Shown here: positions 22,236-36,143 of the stretch, piece after piece | Numbering within the stretch: the first letter of the stretch is position 1 | Layout of the letters: every line of letters begins with the position of its first letter | NCBI GenBank assembly: GCA_048128005.1 | Contig: JBEUKZ010000068.1 | Coordinates: 310,001-374,000 of the forward strand | Source: Veleropilina oligotropha | Lineage: Eukaryota | DNA: 64,000 nt | Reading direction: 5' to 3' | Notes under the pieces: generated by a model | What the model was told of the DNA's origin: nothing | The model's database searches: none | Seen by the model: only the letters and a program-made list of their open reading frames with translations | Position numbers and translations under genes: made by a program

Positions 22236-23732
22236 ATGACACACCAATCACACCACAATGCATTAAAACGACGGAAAAATATTAATATAGATTCTGATTC
22301 TGATGACGCTGATGCTAAATTTATGACCGCTTTCCGGTCAATCCCATATGATCCTGAGATAGAGGCTCCTTTCAAGCCAAATCCTCCACCCCCTGTACCG
22401 GAAAGCTGGCCACGATTCTTGACGATCGAGGCACTCGACTCGAATACCCCAATTACTTCTTTGAGTCCCTTCGCCATCTCCAAGGCCATCCTTGGTCTTG
22501 CTGGCGAACCTCGATCAGTTAAGAAACTTCGGGATGGCACCCTGCTGGTCGAATGCGCCAGGAAGAGCCATGCAGAGAATCTCCTTAGAAGTTCGAAATT
22601 TGTTAACATTCCTGTTGAAATTCGACCGCATCGGTCCTTGAACACCTCCAAGGGAGTTATTAGATCTAGGGATCTGCAGGGATGCAGTGAACAGGAACTG
22701 CTGGAAGGCATGAAGAGCCAGGGTGTAACTAAGGTTACACGCCTGACCATGTTTAAAGATGGAAAGAAGATCCCCATCAATACCATCATCCTTGACTTCC
22801 GCCTTCCTGTTCTACCTAGAACCATAAAAGCAGGTTATATAATCATCCCTGTTGAGCCCTACATCCCAAACCCCTTGAGATGCTTCAAATGCCAGGCATT
22901 TGGGCATCACAAGGATCGATGCAAAAGGAACTCTGCATGTGCTCGTTGCAGCGAGGAGGGTCACGAGTCTGACTCTTGCTCTAATCCACCTATGTGTTGC
23001 AATTGCAGGGGTAAGCATTTTGCTTACTCTAAGGACTGCCCGAAGTGGAAGCATGAGAAAGAGATCCAAAGGGTCAAAACTATCGACCGGATCTCTTTCC
23101 CTGATGCCAGGAAACTGGTTGAATCCAGGACCACTTCGGGTAAATCCTATGCTGCAATTGCTGCAGCACCGGAGCGAAAGCCAGTCACTAGATCCTCTTC
23201 GACACAAACGGATATTACCTGGCCATTTGGCGAAGCTTTTTTCAGCACTTTGCCATCTCGAAGTAATTTAGCATCATCATCATCAGAATCAACACAAACA
23301 TCGAAACCTACCAAGCCATCAAATAAACCTACTCGCAATTCTAAAAAAGAGACTGCTGCCGTTTCAAAAGCAGCAGTCCCAAAAAGAACAAATATTAAAC
23401 CAGACAGACAGCCCAAAGGGTCCGAGGACCCAATTAAGCTGCATAATCGCTTTGACCACCTGATGGATACCATCGAACCATCAGATGACCAAAGCGATCC
23501 TGACACCATCATCAACGACCTTGCCGCTGACATAGTTGCTGCTGCTACCGAGAAGGGTAGGACGGCAGCAGCAGCAGCAGTCAAAGTAAAGCTAAACCGA
23601 CAGACCAAGGCGGTGGATGATCCACCCCAACCACCACCGTCTGTCGATGATCCAATGGACGATAAACCATTGGATCGGCCAGCGGCAAAGCCCATACCTT
23701 CAAAAAAGCCTGTACTTCCACCAAACAAGTAG
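22236..23732 (+). CDS. A4 ORF1 (gag-like, zinc knuckles)
   Basis: Homologous to A2 ORF1; open frame. Confidence 0.9.
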   Translation: MTHQSHHNALKRRKNINIDSDSDDADAKFMTAFRSIPYDPEIEAPFKPNPPPPVPESWPRFLTIEALDSNTPITSLSPFAISKAILGLAGEPRSVKKLRDGTLLVECARKSHAENLLRSSKFVNIPVEIRPHRSLNTSKGVIRSRDLQGCSEQELLEGMKSQGVTKVTRLTMFKDGKKIPINTIILDFRLPVLPRTIKAGYIIIPVEPYIPNPLRCFKCQAFGHHKDRCKRNSACARCSEEGHESDSCSNPPMCCNCRGKHFAYSKDCPKWKHEKEIQRVKTIDRISFPDARKLVESRTTSGKSYAAIAAAPERKPVTRSSSTQTDITWPFGEAFFSTLPSRSNLASSSSESTQTSKPTKPSNKPTRNSKKETAAVSKAAVPKRTNIKPDRQPKGSEDPIKLHNRFDHLMDTIEPSDDQSDPDTIINDLAADIVAAATEKGRTAAAAAVKVKLNRQTKAVDDPPQPPPSVDDPMDDKPLDRPAAKPIPSKKPVLPPNK

Positions 23733-23790
23733 TAAATTATAGCACAGCACTACACACGAATTACTTACATAAACACACCAACAACACAAC

Positions 23791-26700
23791 ATGACAGGTA
23801 CACTAATACAATGGAATTGTAGAGGCATTAAACCGAATATTGATGAGATCAATTTACTTATACAAGACCACAAACCAATAGCATTTTGTCTCAATGAAAC
23901 TTACATGAAACTCACAGACAACATACGCATTAAAGATCACTCACTATATAATCACATTGTCACCACAGGTGACAAGGCTACAGGTGGGGTTTCAATCATC
24001 ATCAATAACAGAACACCACATAGCCAGGTCAACCTAAACACCAACTTACAGGCAGTAGCGGTGAAAATATCAATTCACCGAGTGATAACTATTTGCTCGG
24101 TATACTTACCACCTAGCATAAACATACATCCTACTGACCTTGACGATCTCATCAATCAGCTACCGACCCCATTTGTACTGTGTGGCGATTTTAACGCCCA
24201 TAGTACTGATTGGGGCGGTACTGACACTGATAAACGGGGACATCAAATAGAGGACTTTATTGGGAGACACAATATGTGTCTATTTAATACTACCAAATCG
24301 CCAACATACATGCATCCACCTACAGGCTCACTTACCACCATTGACCTTACCATGTGCGACCCATGTGCTTTCCTGGACTTTACTTGGAAAGTTGGTAAAG
24401 ACCTTTGCGGAAGCGACCACTTTCCATTTTTCCTGGAAAGCACAATAAATCAAACACAGGTACATACTGAAAGGTGGAAACTTCACAAAGCAGATTGGGG
24501 AAAATTCCAATCTCTTTGCGAAGAGCAATTACACTTAAATAACTTAACTAATGGCGATGACCAAATATCAAGTTTCTCTACAACATTACACGACATTGCT
24601 ACACTCTCAATTCCAAAAACCTGCCCAAATACCAAACACAAAAATAAACCTTGGTTTAATGAAGACTGCAGACAAGCAATCAAAACACGCATACATGCAA
24701 TTTCAACATTCAAACAGCACCCAACACTACACAATCTTAATAGCTTTAGGCTATTAAGAGCACAAGCCAGACGTACCATCAAGCAAAGCAAAAGGGAATC
24801 CTGGCATTCCTACGTTACCAAACTAAACTCTCGTTCCACTATTAAAAAAACATGGGATATGATCCGTAAAATCAGCGGCAAGCATACACCCAACTGCATC
24901 AAGCACCTTAAAACAAACAATTCAGAAGCCGACACAGCTAAAGACATCGCAAACACCTTGGCAGACACTTTTTCTGCCAATTCATCATCCGACAACTGCA
25001 CTCCAAAATTCAGCCGTTTTAAACATCAGAAAGAAAAAACAAGGCTCAATTTTAGATCACACAATACCGAGTCATACAATCAGCCTTTTTCACACAAGGA
25101 ACTCACAGATTCACTAAACAAGGCACATGACACATCAGTTGGCCCTGATGACATTCACTATCAATTACTTAAGCACTTACCTGGAACATCACTTACAACT
25201 CTACTTGCAATATTCAATACTATCTGGGAAACTGGAACCTTCCCTCCCTCGTGGAGGGAAGCTATTATTATCCCAATTGCAAAGGCAGGGAAAGATACAT
25301 CACATCCTAACAGTTATCGACCCATAGCCCTGACGAGTTGTATTTGTAAAACCATGGAACGGATGATAAATGAGAGATTAGTTTGGTACTTAGAATCAAA
25401 TAATTTACTTACAGAATATCAAAGTGGGTTCCGGCGCAACCGGAGCACCACAGATCACTTGGTACGTTTGGAAACTTTTGTTCGTGAGGCCTTCCTAAAC
25501 AGACAACATTTAGTTGCTGTTTTTTTCGATCTAGAGAAGGCCTACGACACTACTTGGAAGTACGGGATTATGAAGGATTTGTTTGATTTTGGTTTAAAGG
25601 GCCACTTGCCACATTTTATTTCGAAATTCCTTGAGGATAGAAATTTTCAAGTCAAGGTGGGTGACACCCTCTCCGATATCCACGACCAGGAGATGGGTGT
25701 CCCTCAAGGAAGCATTTTATCAGTCACCCTATTCAGTATTAAAATAAACAGTATCGTCAAATGTATTAGTGCTGGCACTGAATGTTCATTATTTGTTGAC
25801 GATTTTGGTATTTGCTATCGTTCAACAAATATGAACAGTATAGAACGCCAGCTACAGCATGGCCTAAATAAATTACAGATATGGTCCGATGAGAACGGAT
25901 TTAAATTCTCAAAGGACAAAACTAAATGCATGCATTTCTGCCAGCGTCGTGAAATTCATGACGACCCTGTGCTGAAACTGGATGACTTTGAGATTCCAGT
26001 GGTTGATCAATTTAAATTTTTAGGCCTTATATTTGACCGCAAACTGTCTTTCATACCTCATATAAAATACATCAAAGCCAAATGTAAAAAGGCTTTAAAT
26101 ATAATGAAAGTAGTTTCTAATACTGAATGGGGTGCTGATAAAACAGTTTTATTACGACTATATAGATCATTAATTAGATCAAAACTTGATTATGGGAGCA
26201 TAGTATATGGCTCTGCTCGCCATTCATATCTTAAAATGCTTGATCCAATCCATAATCAAGGGCTTCGACTTGCATTAGGGGCTTTTCGCACATCACCCAT
26301 GGAAAGCCTCTATGTCGAAGCCAATGAACCATCTCTTACACTCAGACGTGAAAAACTATCACTACAATATGCAATAAAATTAAAATCAAATCCATCTAAC
26401 CCAGCTTTCGAAAATGTCTATACACCAAATTACGAAAATCTATTTCAGGCAAAACCAAACAAAATTGCACCGTTTGGCATCCGCATAAAACCAGCACTAG
26501 AAAACGCAGGCATACATGTAGGTCAAATTAAAACAAATCACATTCCGGATACTCCACCATGGACACTAAAAGTACCGGTAATTGATCTACAACTTACATC
26601 ACTCAAAAAATCAAACACAGACACATCAGATTATCTCATAAAAGTGCACGATCTGAAATTAAAATATTCAGATCGTGCAAGCATATACACAGATGGTTCA

Positions 26701-27474
26701 AAAGATGCAGAATTAGTAGGAGCAGCCGCTGTCACTGGCAGACAATGTTTTCAAAACCGTCTGCCAGGCAGCGCGACTATATATACTGCAGAACTAAAAG
26801 CAATTGAGCTTGCTCTTAATTTTATCTCTACAAGTACTAAACGGCGTTTTATTATCTATTCAGACTCCCTCTCTAGCTTACAAGCACTGAGGGAGATGAA
26901 TAGAAATGTTATTGTTCAGGAAATTTTATTAAAATATAACAACCTTTTACCTGACAATGACATTGTTTTATGCTGGATACCGAGCCATATCGGTATCCAA
27001 GGCAATGAGAAGGCTAACCAAGCTGCCAAGGCAGCCTCAAATTTTAACAATATACTAAATTGTAAACTACCACACTCAGATTTTAAACAAAGCATAAACA
27101 AATATATAAATTCTACTTGGCAGCACTCTTGGAGTGAATGCACAAGGAATAAACTGCAGAATGTCCAACCTCTTCTTGGTGACTGGGTACCCTCTTGCAG
27201 GCCATCTCGGCGAGAGGAGGTCGTCTTGGCCAGACTGAGAATTGGGCATTCTCACTACACTCACTCCTACTTGCTTAAAGGGGAGCCTCCACCTGAGTGT
27301 ATTCCTTGTGCAACTGCCCTAACAATTAAACATATATTATTGGATTGTGTCGATTTGGATCTCGCACGCCAAAAACACTTTAGGGCAAACTCGCTCCAAG
27401 AGTTATTTAAATTCACTAAGCTTGAATGCATATTTGAGTTTTTAAAACAAGTAAATATTTTTTACAAGTTATAA
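23791..27474 (+). CDS. A4 ORF2, 1227 aa (APE, RT, RNase H, CCHC)
   Basis: Intact frame with all catalytic motifs. Confidence 0.96.
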   Translation: MTGTLIQWNCRGIKPNIDEINLLIQDHKPIAFCLNETYMKLTDNIRIKDHSLYNHIVTTGDKATGGVSIIINNRTPHSQVNLNTNLQAVAVKISIHRVITICSVYLPPSINIHPTDLDDLINQLPTPFVLCGDFNAHSTDWGGTDTDKRGHQIEDFIGRHNMCLFNTTKSPTYMHPPTGSLTTIDLTMCDPCAFLDFTWKVGKDLCGSDHFPFFLESTINQTQVHTERWKLHKADWGKFQSLCEEQLHLNNLTNGDDQISSFSTTLHDIATLSIPKTCPNTKHKNKPWFNEDCRQAIKTRIHAISTFKQHPTLHNLNSFRLLRAQARRTIKQSKRESWHSYVTKLNSRSTIKKTWDMIRKISGKHTPNCIKHLKTNNSEADTAKDIANTLADTFSANSSSDNCTPKFSRFKHQKEKTRLNFRSHNTESYNQPFSHKELTDSLNKAHDTSVGPDDIHYQLLKHLPGTSLTTLLAIFNTIWETGTFPPSWREAIIIPIAKAGKDTSHPNSYRPIALTSCICKTMERMINERLVWYLESNNLLTEYQSGFRRNRSTTDHLVRLETFVREAFLNRQHLVAVFFDLEKAYDTTWKYGIMKDLFDFGLKGHLPHFISKFLEDRNFQVKVGDTLSDIHDQEMGVPQGSILSVTLFSIKINSIVKCISAGTECSLFVDDFGICYRSTNMNSIERQLQHGLNKLQIWSDENGFKFSKDKTKCMHFCQRREIHDDPVLKLDDFEIPVVDQFKFLGLIFDRKLSFIPHIKYIKAKCKKALNIMKVVSNTEWGADKTVLLRLYRSLIRSKLDYGSIVYGSARHSYLKMLDPIHNQGLRLALGAFRTSPMESLYVEANEPSLTLRREKLSLQYAIKLKSNPSNPAFENVYTPNYENLFQAKPNKIAPFGIRIKPALENAGIHVGQIKTNHIPDTPPWTLKVPVIDLQLTSLKKSNTDTSDYLIKVHDLKLKYSDRASIYTDGSKDAELVGAAAVTGRQCFQNRLPGSATIYTAELKAIELALNFISTSTKRRFIIYSDSLSSLQALREMNRNVIVQEILLKYNNLLPDNDIVLCWIPSHIGIQGNEKANQAAKAASNFNNILNCKLPHSDFKQSINKYINSTWQHSWSECTRNKLQNVQPLLGDWVPSCRPSRREEVVLARLRIGHSHYTHSYLLKGEPPPECIPCATALTIKHILLDCVDLDLARQKHFRANSLQELFKFTKLECIFEFLKQVNIFYKL

Positions 27475-29407
27475 TTTTATATTTTGTTTCACAAATTTGA
27501 TATCTTGTTTTTATTATTATACTTGTTTTTTATTGTATTGCTTTGCATATTTATATCGTTTTAACCTGTAAATATACCATGTTATGTTCCCTTTTATTGA
27601 TGTGCTTTTATCCAAATTTGCATTGCCTATTTTACTTGTAAATATATTGATTCGTTTTTATTATTTTTCACATCTGTTTTATTTTTATTGATATTTTATT
27701 ATTAAATATGTATCACAACTTTTATCATTTTATATTACATTATTATATAATTAACTTGACTGACCCGATTATGACCATTATAGTGTCGGCGTGGTCGTTA
27801 AACATCAATTCAATTCAATACTATATTGTTTTTATCATTTAACATTGTTTTAATTACTTGATATTATTTTTATTGTTTTATTCATTTATTACATGACTTT
27901 GTTTCATTGTTTTTATTCTTTAATATATTTCCGTCGCGCTATGGCACTCGCATGCTAACTGCGACGATAAAACTCACTCACTCACTCACCCCACCTGAGT
28001 GTATTCCTTGTGCATGTGCCCTAACAATTAAACATATATTATTGGATTGTGTCGATTTGGATCTCGCACGCCAAAAGTACTTCCGGGCAAACTCGCTCCA
28101 AGAGTTATTTAGTCTCACTAAGCTCGAAGCTTTATTCGAGTTTTTAAAACAAGTAAATATTTTCTACAAGTTATAATTTATATTTTATTTTTAATAGTAT
28201 TTATTTCACAAATTTCAGATTTTGTTTTTTATTATTATACTTGTTTTTATCAACCATTTTATCATTTTATCATCACTAGCATTTTATTTTATTGCTTTGT
28301 TTTTATCTAAATTTACATTGTTTTTACTTGCCTTTTTATCGATATTTATATATTTTAACCTGTAAATATACCAATCACGATCATTTCTATTTTATTGACC
28401 CGATTATGACTGAAATAATGTCGGCGTGGTCGTTAAACATCAAATGAAATCAAATCAAAGTCTACTGAGACAAATGACCACCTGCCTGTCAAATGTAATA
28501 GTCTTTATGGAATAAGGATAATAAATTTTGGCGATAGATATTTATTTTCCATGTACAGACATGTTTTAATAAATTAATGGGATTCTGAGTCAATACTTGA
28601 TGGTGATATTGTATTATATATATAGCCAAGACATGTATGGGCATGTTCTATTAATATTAGTTCACATAATATGAGCCATTCTCCCCTGACTCATATCTAA
28701 AAATAGCAGAACAGTCTCCTGTGGAATTATAGGACATATTGAGGGTATGGGGGGAATTATTAACCAATCAGATTACTGGGATTTATAACTTGTATTGAGT
28801 GTATGGGCGACCTTTGTGGTGACCTCATTCTATCCCTGAGTCATTGTCTACTGAGACAAATGCACTTACCTACTCTGAGCATAATCCAGTATTGTTCCTC
28901 ATTTAGTCCAGTAGTTTCCGAATTTGTGGCATAATCCAGTATTGTTCCTCGTGTAGTCCAGTAGTTTGTGGTGAACAGAAGAGTATTTGAGCAGGCAAGT
29001 GAATTATATCATAGGAAATTCAGATATTGCATTACTGAAAACCTAATGAAATAACCCATTTTCCACGCTCTTGCGTGGCTTTATTAAAAACAATAATACA
29101 ATCTATTATCTATTATCAATACAACACATAGGGTTCATGCACTTGGGTTTTGACAAAATTCAAGGACTTTCCATGACATTATCAGTAAATTCCAGGCTTT
29201 TCAATAAGATTAATAATAATATCCATAATTTGAGAGATTTTTTATTGCGCTAGATCATTGAAATTAATTGGAGTGATAAAAACCCTGATACAAGTATCTA
29301 CAACATTAACTGGAGTAATAAAAACCCTAATACAAGTATCTACAAAATTAATTAATAAAAGTAATAAGTACACTAATATAAACTAATAAAAACACTAACA
29401 TATTTAT

Positions 29408-30292
29408 CTATAACAATCTCCTAACAGCAAGGAGTGCCTCCTCCAATATTTCTATCACATCGTTTATTGCGTTTCGGAGATTCAATGCCCTGAAAAAAAT
29501 AGGATAAATAATGAGTCAACTGGATATATACACCTACTAAATAAAAAGATGAATATAACAAGTAACTAAAACAAAATGTAATAACTACAAAACTAAGTAA
29601 TAAAAGATAAATTATGTCAACACAAAAAAAAATGAATTGTTTCTCACTGTATTTCTTCAGGTGAGGGGCAATAAGCCCCAAACTCTTCCAACCAATAGGA
29701 TGTGTCCTACAATAAAATAATCAGCTAGAAAATGGATTCCAAGAGCAATCTTCCTAGTACAAACTTTAACCAGTAAGTAACAGTATTCTAAAACATATTC
29801 AACATCATTTCCAGAGGACCAGACAACATTATCATAGACAGCATCCTATAGCATATGCACAGATCAAATTCAATAAAAAAGTGTAATAAATTTATTGGAC
29901 AATGGACACCCACTACATTTCAAATACACAGCAACATGCACGCATTACCAATGAACAGGGTATGGGTAAAAGAATATGCACAAATTTATGCAATTTATAC
30001 AAAACATGGTATATATTTAATAAATATACTTACAGGTTCCTCCCCAGATTTCACCACCGACTCCTCAAAAATCTGTAATAAAAAAAACAAAATGCTTTTG
30101 GACAAATGGACAACCACTAACCTACAAATACATAGTAACATACACATATTAATAATAAACAGGGCATGGAGAAAGCAATATGCACAAATTTATGCAATTT
30201 ATACAAAACATGGTATATATTTAATAAATATACTTACGGGTTCCACCCCAAACTCCACCGATTCCATTTCCATATCCTGAGTTAGATCAATG
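29408..30292 (-). CDS. Small spliced gene of unknown function (putative exons 30292-30238, 30072-30034, 29706-29648, 29489-29408)
   Basis: GT-AG boundaries with pyrimidine tracts and compatible phases: ...DMEMESVEFGVEP|IFEESVVKSGEEP|DTSYWLEEFGAYCPSPEEIQ|ALNLRNAINDVIEILEEALLAVRRLL*. Confidence 0.4.
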
Positions 30293-31397
30293 CTGAAAAA
30301 TAGAATAACATTACTGTATAATGTTATAAACATTCATTATCTGCTGAAACACATTAAGTTTATATTATTATTAATGCTATCACTGATATATAAATATAAT
30401 CAATTGCACTTACATTTCAACTTTGCAAGCCATGGCTGTACTCTCTCTCTCTTATCAAATACAAAATGGTGACTTTCAGGTGGTTCTGCTGAGTTTTATC
30501 AAAATGAAAGGTCTGATTTTCTATTCGTCTAAAGGTATATTTTGGGGTGGAGTTGCCTAATTACCAATGTACATATATGCAAAATTATACACTGCAGAAA
30601 TTTAGTTTTATCAAATGAAATGTCTGGCTTTCTATTCGTCAAAAGTAAATTGTTAACTTGAAAATAGGTGGAGTTATAAACTGTATACATGCTGAAGAAA
30701 TTGAGGTTTAACAATTGTTTTGGTTTGTTATATTCATCAAATGGCATATGCTACAAGGCTTGTAAAATTACCAAAACTTGGTTCTAAAGTCATTAAAAGT
30801 CCAATTGTCAGAGAACTTATGACACATATATTCAAGAATGCGTGTGACCGAGTAGCTCTCGCTGGGTACTGTTGTTTGAATCATGAAAATATCATTCATT
30901 AAATATCATTCATTAAATTGAGGATAATTTTGTTAAAATTCTTTTAAGGGCAAATTAACCTGTCTTCCCAGCATATGCGACATTCCTAACATGTATTGTA
31001 ATAGTCACGGTAAAGCGTGTGCATTTCATTAGCTGCCCCCTGAAATTTACCAATATTTACTTCTAAAAGTCATTATGTTACTGCCCAGTTGTCAGAGAGT
31101 TGGGGTTACACCAGGTTCAAGCGTGCGTGCCTTATATTAACACATGATCGATGCTGTTGTTCGAGTCATGAAAAAAAGCATTCATGCATTAAGTTAAAAT
31201 TGTATTTATACGAAATGCATTAACGCAAATGAACACTATTGACTACCTATGAAACACGAAGTTCTTGGCATGTATTATAATAGTCACGGTCAGACGAGAG
31301 TCGTTGATTTACTTGTTCCTGCGAGAGACAGGGCTACAAATGTATTTGTCTGTATTGTTTTATGCTAACCAGTGTCCTGCATACAGTCACAACAAGT

Positions 31398-31598
31398 GTA
31401 AATAGTTGCCGATTGCAGATTCCTATGTCATGCACTTGGGTACATTGAAAACACTGGTCAATCTGCAGGAGTGTGCGACATTGTTTACTCAGCTGTGGCT
31501 AGCCCCTTGGGAGACTGACTACGTGAATTAAACATAAGTTGTCCATAAACTCATTTTAAATTATTCACTAAACTCTAATCATAATGTTACGAAATTAT
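31398..31598. repeat. ~200-bp direct repeat, copy 1 (copy 2 at about 33046-33266), bracketing the (TA)n tract
   Basis: Shared gcagattcctatgtcatgcacttgggtacattgaaaacactggtcaatctgcaggag...ctctaatcataatgttacgaaa. Confidence 0.85.
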
Positions 31599-31921
31599 AA
31601 TGTATTAAGGAATGAAATAATAAAATGATATCATATTATTAATATGTACAGGAAGGGTTCAAGAGGAAACTTTTGCTAATAACGTATTATTGACAATATT
31701 TAAGTAATCCCCCATTGAAATGACAATGTACATGACATAACAGCTAAAATTTTGAGAGTTACACCGCAATTATATTGATATCATATAAGTAAAATTACCG
31801 ATTTTAGTTTCATTGGGTAAGCATATTATAATGGTCTAGTTAAATTTACAATAATATGTTTTTATTCTTAGCAGTCATAATGATTGATAGATGTTGGATA
31901 CATCTTGCGATTGAACTATCG

Positions 31922-32938
<1,017 letters not shown>

Positions 32939-34642
32939 CTTTTCGCCAATGTCAATGACCAAGGCTTGTCTCGAGTGTGTGTTTGTTCTCTCCACTGAAT
33001 TTTCAAATACAAAGGCTGCATGTTCCCGGCATTAGAACAATTAGAGTAAATAGGTGCCGATCGCAGATTCCTATGTCATGCACTTGGGTACATTGAAAAC
33101 ACTGGTCAATCTGCAGGAGCATGCGACATTGTTTACTCAGCTGTGGTTAGCCCTTGGGAGTCTGACTACATATATTAGCTTAGATATAAGTGAATTTAAC
33201 ATAAGTTGTCTATAAACTCTTTTTAAATTATTTGCTAAACTCTAATCATAATGTTACGAAAATTATGCAGTTGTACTCTATCACCGTGTTCTGGAGAGTT
33301 TCGAGGAATGTTGCAATGTTGAAGGAGGACATTTCAAGCACTTACGAGATTAAACAGTGTCAAACATATGCAATTGTAATAAATAAAATGTAAATGTAAA
33401 GTGTATACCTACTGTATACATACTTTTGGATCACCATGTATACACATAAGTGACATTACTGTGCCACGTATATATATTAGTGCTAAAATCATTAATATTT
33501 ATATAAGTCAATAATCATAAACAATTAAAGTCCTTATGACACAAGCAACTTGTCAATTTTGATAACTGTCAGTCTTAAAATTGATATATTGTATCGAAAT
33601 ACAATAATAACAGATAGCATGTGATACAGCAGCTTGTGATTAATCAATGAGCCTAAGCAAAACATATCATTGTCAATATGCAAAGAATCTATAATTAGCA
33701 AATAATCAATATGTATAATTGCCTTATAAGTGATATCTAGCAATAAAAAGCAACACTTATCGGAGTATTCAGTTCCAGTGATTTTTTTCTGTATGCCATA
33801 ACACCACATTAGAGGGCTTTCCAGTAGGTTTGTGAACAGTTATTTACCTCACCATGCGATTGGCTTCACATGATGTTTTTCAAGCAATAATTCATTAAAT
33901 GTGCCAGGAGTTATCTGCCCTTTTGATTTGCAAGAGTTATCTCCCCCATAGCTGCAAATTGCAATGATATTACCAATCTGTCGTGTAAAAAGATAAACCA
34001 TTGGACCTACGCCAATCATATTTGGTATGGAGCTTGCACACCACCCTGCCTAACATAAGTTGCGAGAAGGGGTTTGCTGTGTCAAAGGTCATATGAGTTA
34101 AAACAGTTGACAACATTGATTTACGACTCTTATGGCAATTTTTCAGCATTAACATGGTCAGGACACTTGTGCTCACTCCGATCTGAACGACATACATTAG
34201 GGATATGCCATCTATTGTTTTTAAGCCTTATTATTATCCCCATTTCAGTTGAACCCAGACTGGTTATGCTTAATATTCCAACTCACAGATTTACAAGAAT
34301 TGCTCAATTTTGCTACATTGGCTGGTGTGAAAGATGAACCTGAGATTATCAGCAGAATTCCCACTCTCCCACAGCCAAAGCACTCAACCTTCCTTCAATG
34401 AAGATTCACTATTACATGAAATAGCAGCAAGTCCTTTGGTATGTGTATATATTTTTTACCTGTGCATCGTAAGACATGAGTGAGTCTATTATTGAATGAG
34501 TACATTATTTATTGTCATCATATGTTTCCTTATGATATCATTAGTAAGTCACTCGGATCAGTCTCCCATTTTTGAAGAAATCCATGATAATATATATATG
34601 ATGTTACAATGTAATTATTAATAATGCATATTTTTCTTTCAG

Positions 34643-35090
34643 CTAAGCCCATGTGTGCTCATGGAACTTGATGATGAACTACAAGTGTTACAGGGGGTTC
34701 TAACAGACAGTCCAATTCCAGAATTGAATGGTGAGCTCCTCCAAGATGATGATGGTCCCACTCAATCAAAACAATGTAGACAAAATTCACCATGTGAAGA
34801 CATGTTGGATGATGCATTCGCATATTCTTTGCTGGGTGAAACCGTAGATTTTATTGTAAACGAAGAACAATTATCAGATGACTTTCCCAACAGTCAAGAG
34901 ATTGTAGAAAGTTTTACTGATGTTGACGAATTGATTGCTTATGGCAGATGCATGGATTCACCAACAAAACATAGAGTCAATGACCGCGTTTTTGACATAA
35001 TGTGTCCAGATTCACCCAATATTCAATATGGCTCAGGTACAGACAAACCATACAATCTAGAGCAGGTTGGCGTTCGAACCTTTAGGAAAA
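34643..35090 (+). pseudogene. Acidic open exon truncated by LINE A5; possibly the N-terminal region of a Polinton/Maverick-type DNA polymerase B
   Basis: Acceptor tttttctttcag then ~150 open codons ending QYGSGTDKPYNLEQVGVRTFRKN; the polymerase resemblance is from memory only. Confidence 0.3.
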
Positions 35091-36143
35091 ATGTCTGCCA
35101 GGCAGCGTGTCTATATATACTGCAGAATTGAAAGCAATAGAGCTTGCGCTCAATTTTATCTCAATTAATACTAGCACGCGTTTTATTATCTATTCAGACT
35201 CCCTCTCTAGCTTACAGGCATTGAGGGGGGTGAATAGAAACCCTATCGTTTTAGATATTTTAATTCAATATAATAACCTTTTAACGGACAATGATATTAT
35301 TTTATGCTGGATACCGAGCCATATCGGTATCCAGGGCAATGAAAAGGCTGACCAAGCTGCCAAGGCAGCCTCGCATTTTAACCACACACTAAATTGCAAA
35401 TTGCCTCACACTGATTTTAAACAAAGCATAAACAAATATATAAAATCTACTTGGCAGCACTCTTGGAGTGAATGCACAAGGAATAAACTGCAGAATGTCC
35501 AACCTCTTCTTGGTGACTGGGGACCCTCTTGCAGGCCATCTCGGCGAGAGGAGGTCGTCTTGGCCAGACTGAGAATTGGGCATTCGCACTACACTCACTG
35601 CTACTTGCTTAAAGGGGAGCCTCCACCTGAGTGTATTCCTTGTGCAACTGCCCTAACAATTAAACATATATTATTGGATTGTGTCGATTTGGATCTCGCA
35701 CGCCAAAAACACTTTAGGGCAAACTCACTCCAAGAGTTATTTAAATTCACTAAGCTCGAAAGTATATTTGAGTTTTTAAAACAAGCAAATATTTTTTACA
35801 AGTTATAATTTTATATTTTATTTCACAAATTTGATATCTTGTTTTTATTATTATACTTGTTTTTTATTTAATTGCTTTGAATATTTATATCGTTTTAACC
35901 TGTAAATATACCATGTTATGTTCCATTTTATTGATTTGCTTTATCCAAATTTGCATTGCCTGTTTTACTTGTAAATATATTGATTCGTTTTTATTATTTT
36001 TCACTTTTTATTTTATTGATATTTTTATTATTAAATTTTTATCACAACTTTTATCTTTTTATATAAAACTATTATATAATTAACTTGACTGACCCGATTA
36101 TGACCATTATAGTGTCGGCGTGGTCGTTAAACATCAATTCAAT
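35091..36143 (+). mobile_element. LINE family A copy A5, 5'-truncated (RNase H C-terminal part plus 3'UTR)
   Basis: gtctgccaggcagcg...VNIFYKL-type end, 3' stem-loop and catcaattcaat tail; no TSD found. Confidence 0.93.

Larger units (their letters stand above)
21702..27818 (+). mobile_element. LINE family A copy A4, full length and intact (innermost nested layer)
   Basis: 11-bp TSD tactatattgt at 21691-21701 and 27819-27829; starts CCCCCCAGTCGG; (caatt)n tail. Confidence 0.96.
17368..27990 (+). mobile_element. LINE family B copy B2, 5'-truncated and degenerate, nested in A3 and interrupted in its 3'UTR by A4
   Basis: Starts in late ORF1 (tgaacgaccaaca, cf. 10268); TSD ccacctga at 17363-17370 and 27991-27998; 3' end with (actc)n resumes at 27830-27990. 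Confidence 0.92.
7693..28459 (+). mobile_element. LINE family A copy A3, 5'-truncated and frameshifted, split by nested insertions into 7693-8725, 14691-17370 and 27991-28459
   Basis: The pieces are contiguous in ORF2 once B1 and B2 are removed; nearly identical to A2; small deletions near 8090, 15655 and 17260. Confidence 0.93.

Noticed and set aside
1..28459. Telomeric retrotransposon array of the HeT-A/TART type
   Set aside because: Internal nested insertions with TSDs and a second array with a full-length 5' end joined to non-LINE DNA argue for endonuclease-mediated internal insertion; chromosomal position is unknown, so not fully excluded
34655..35131. 158-aa ORF as a complete gene
   Set aside because: Its last ~13 codons are out-of-frame LINE A5 sequence; it is a truncated exon
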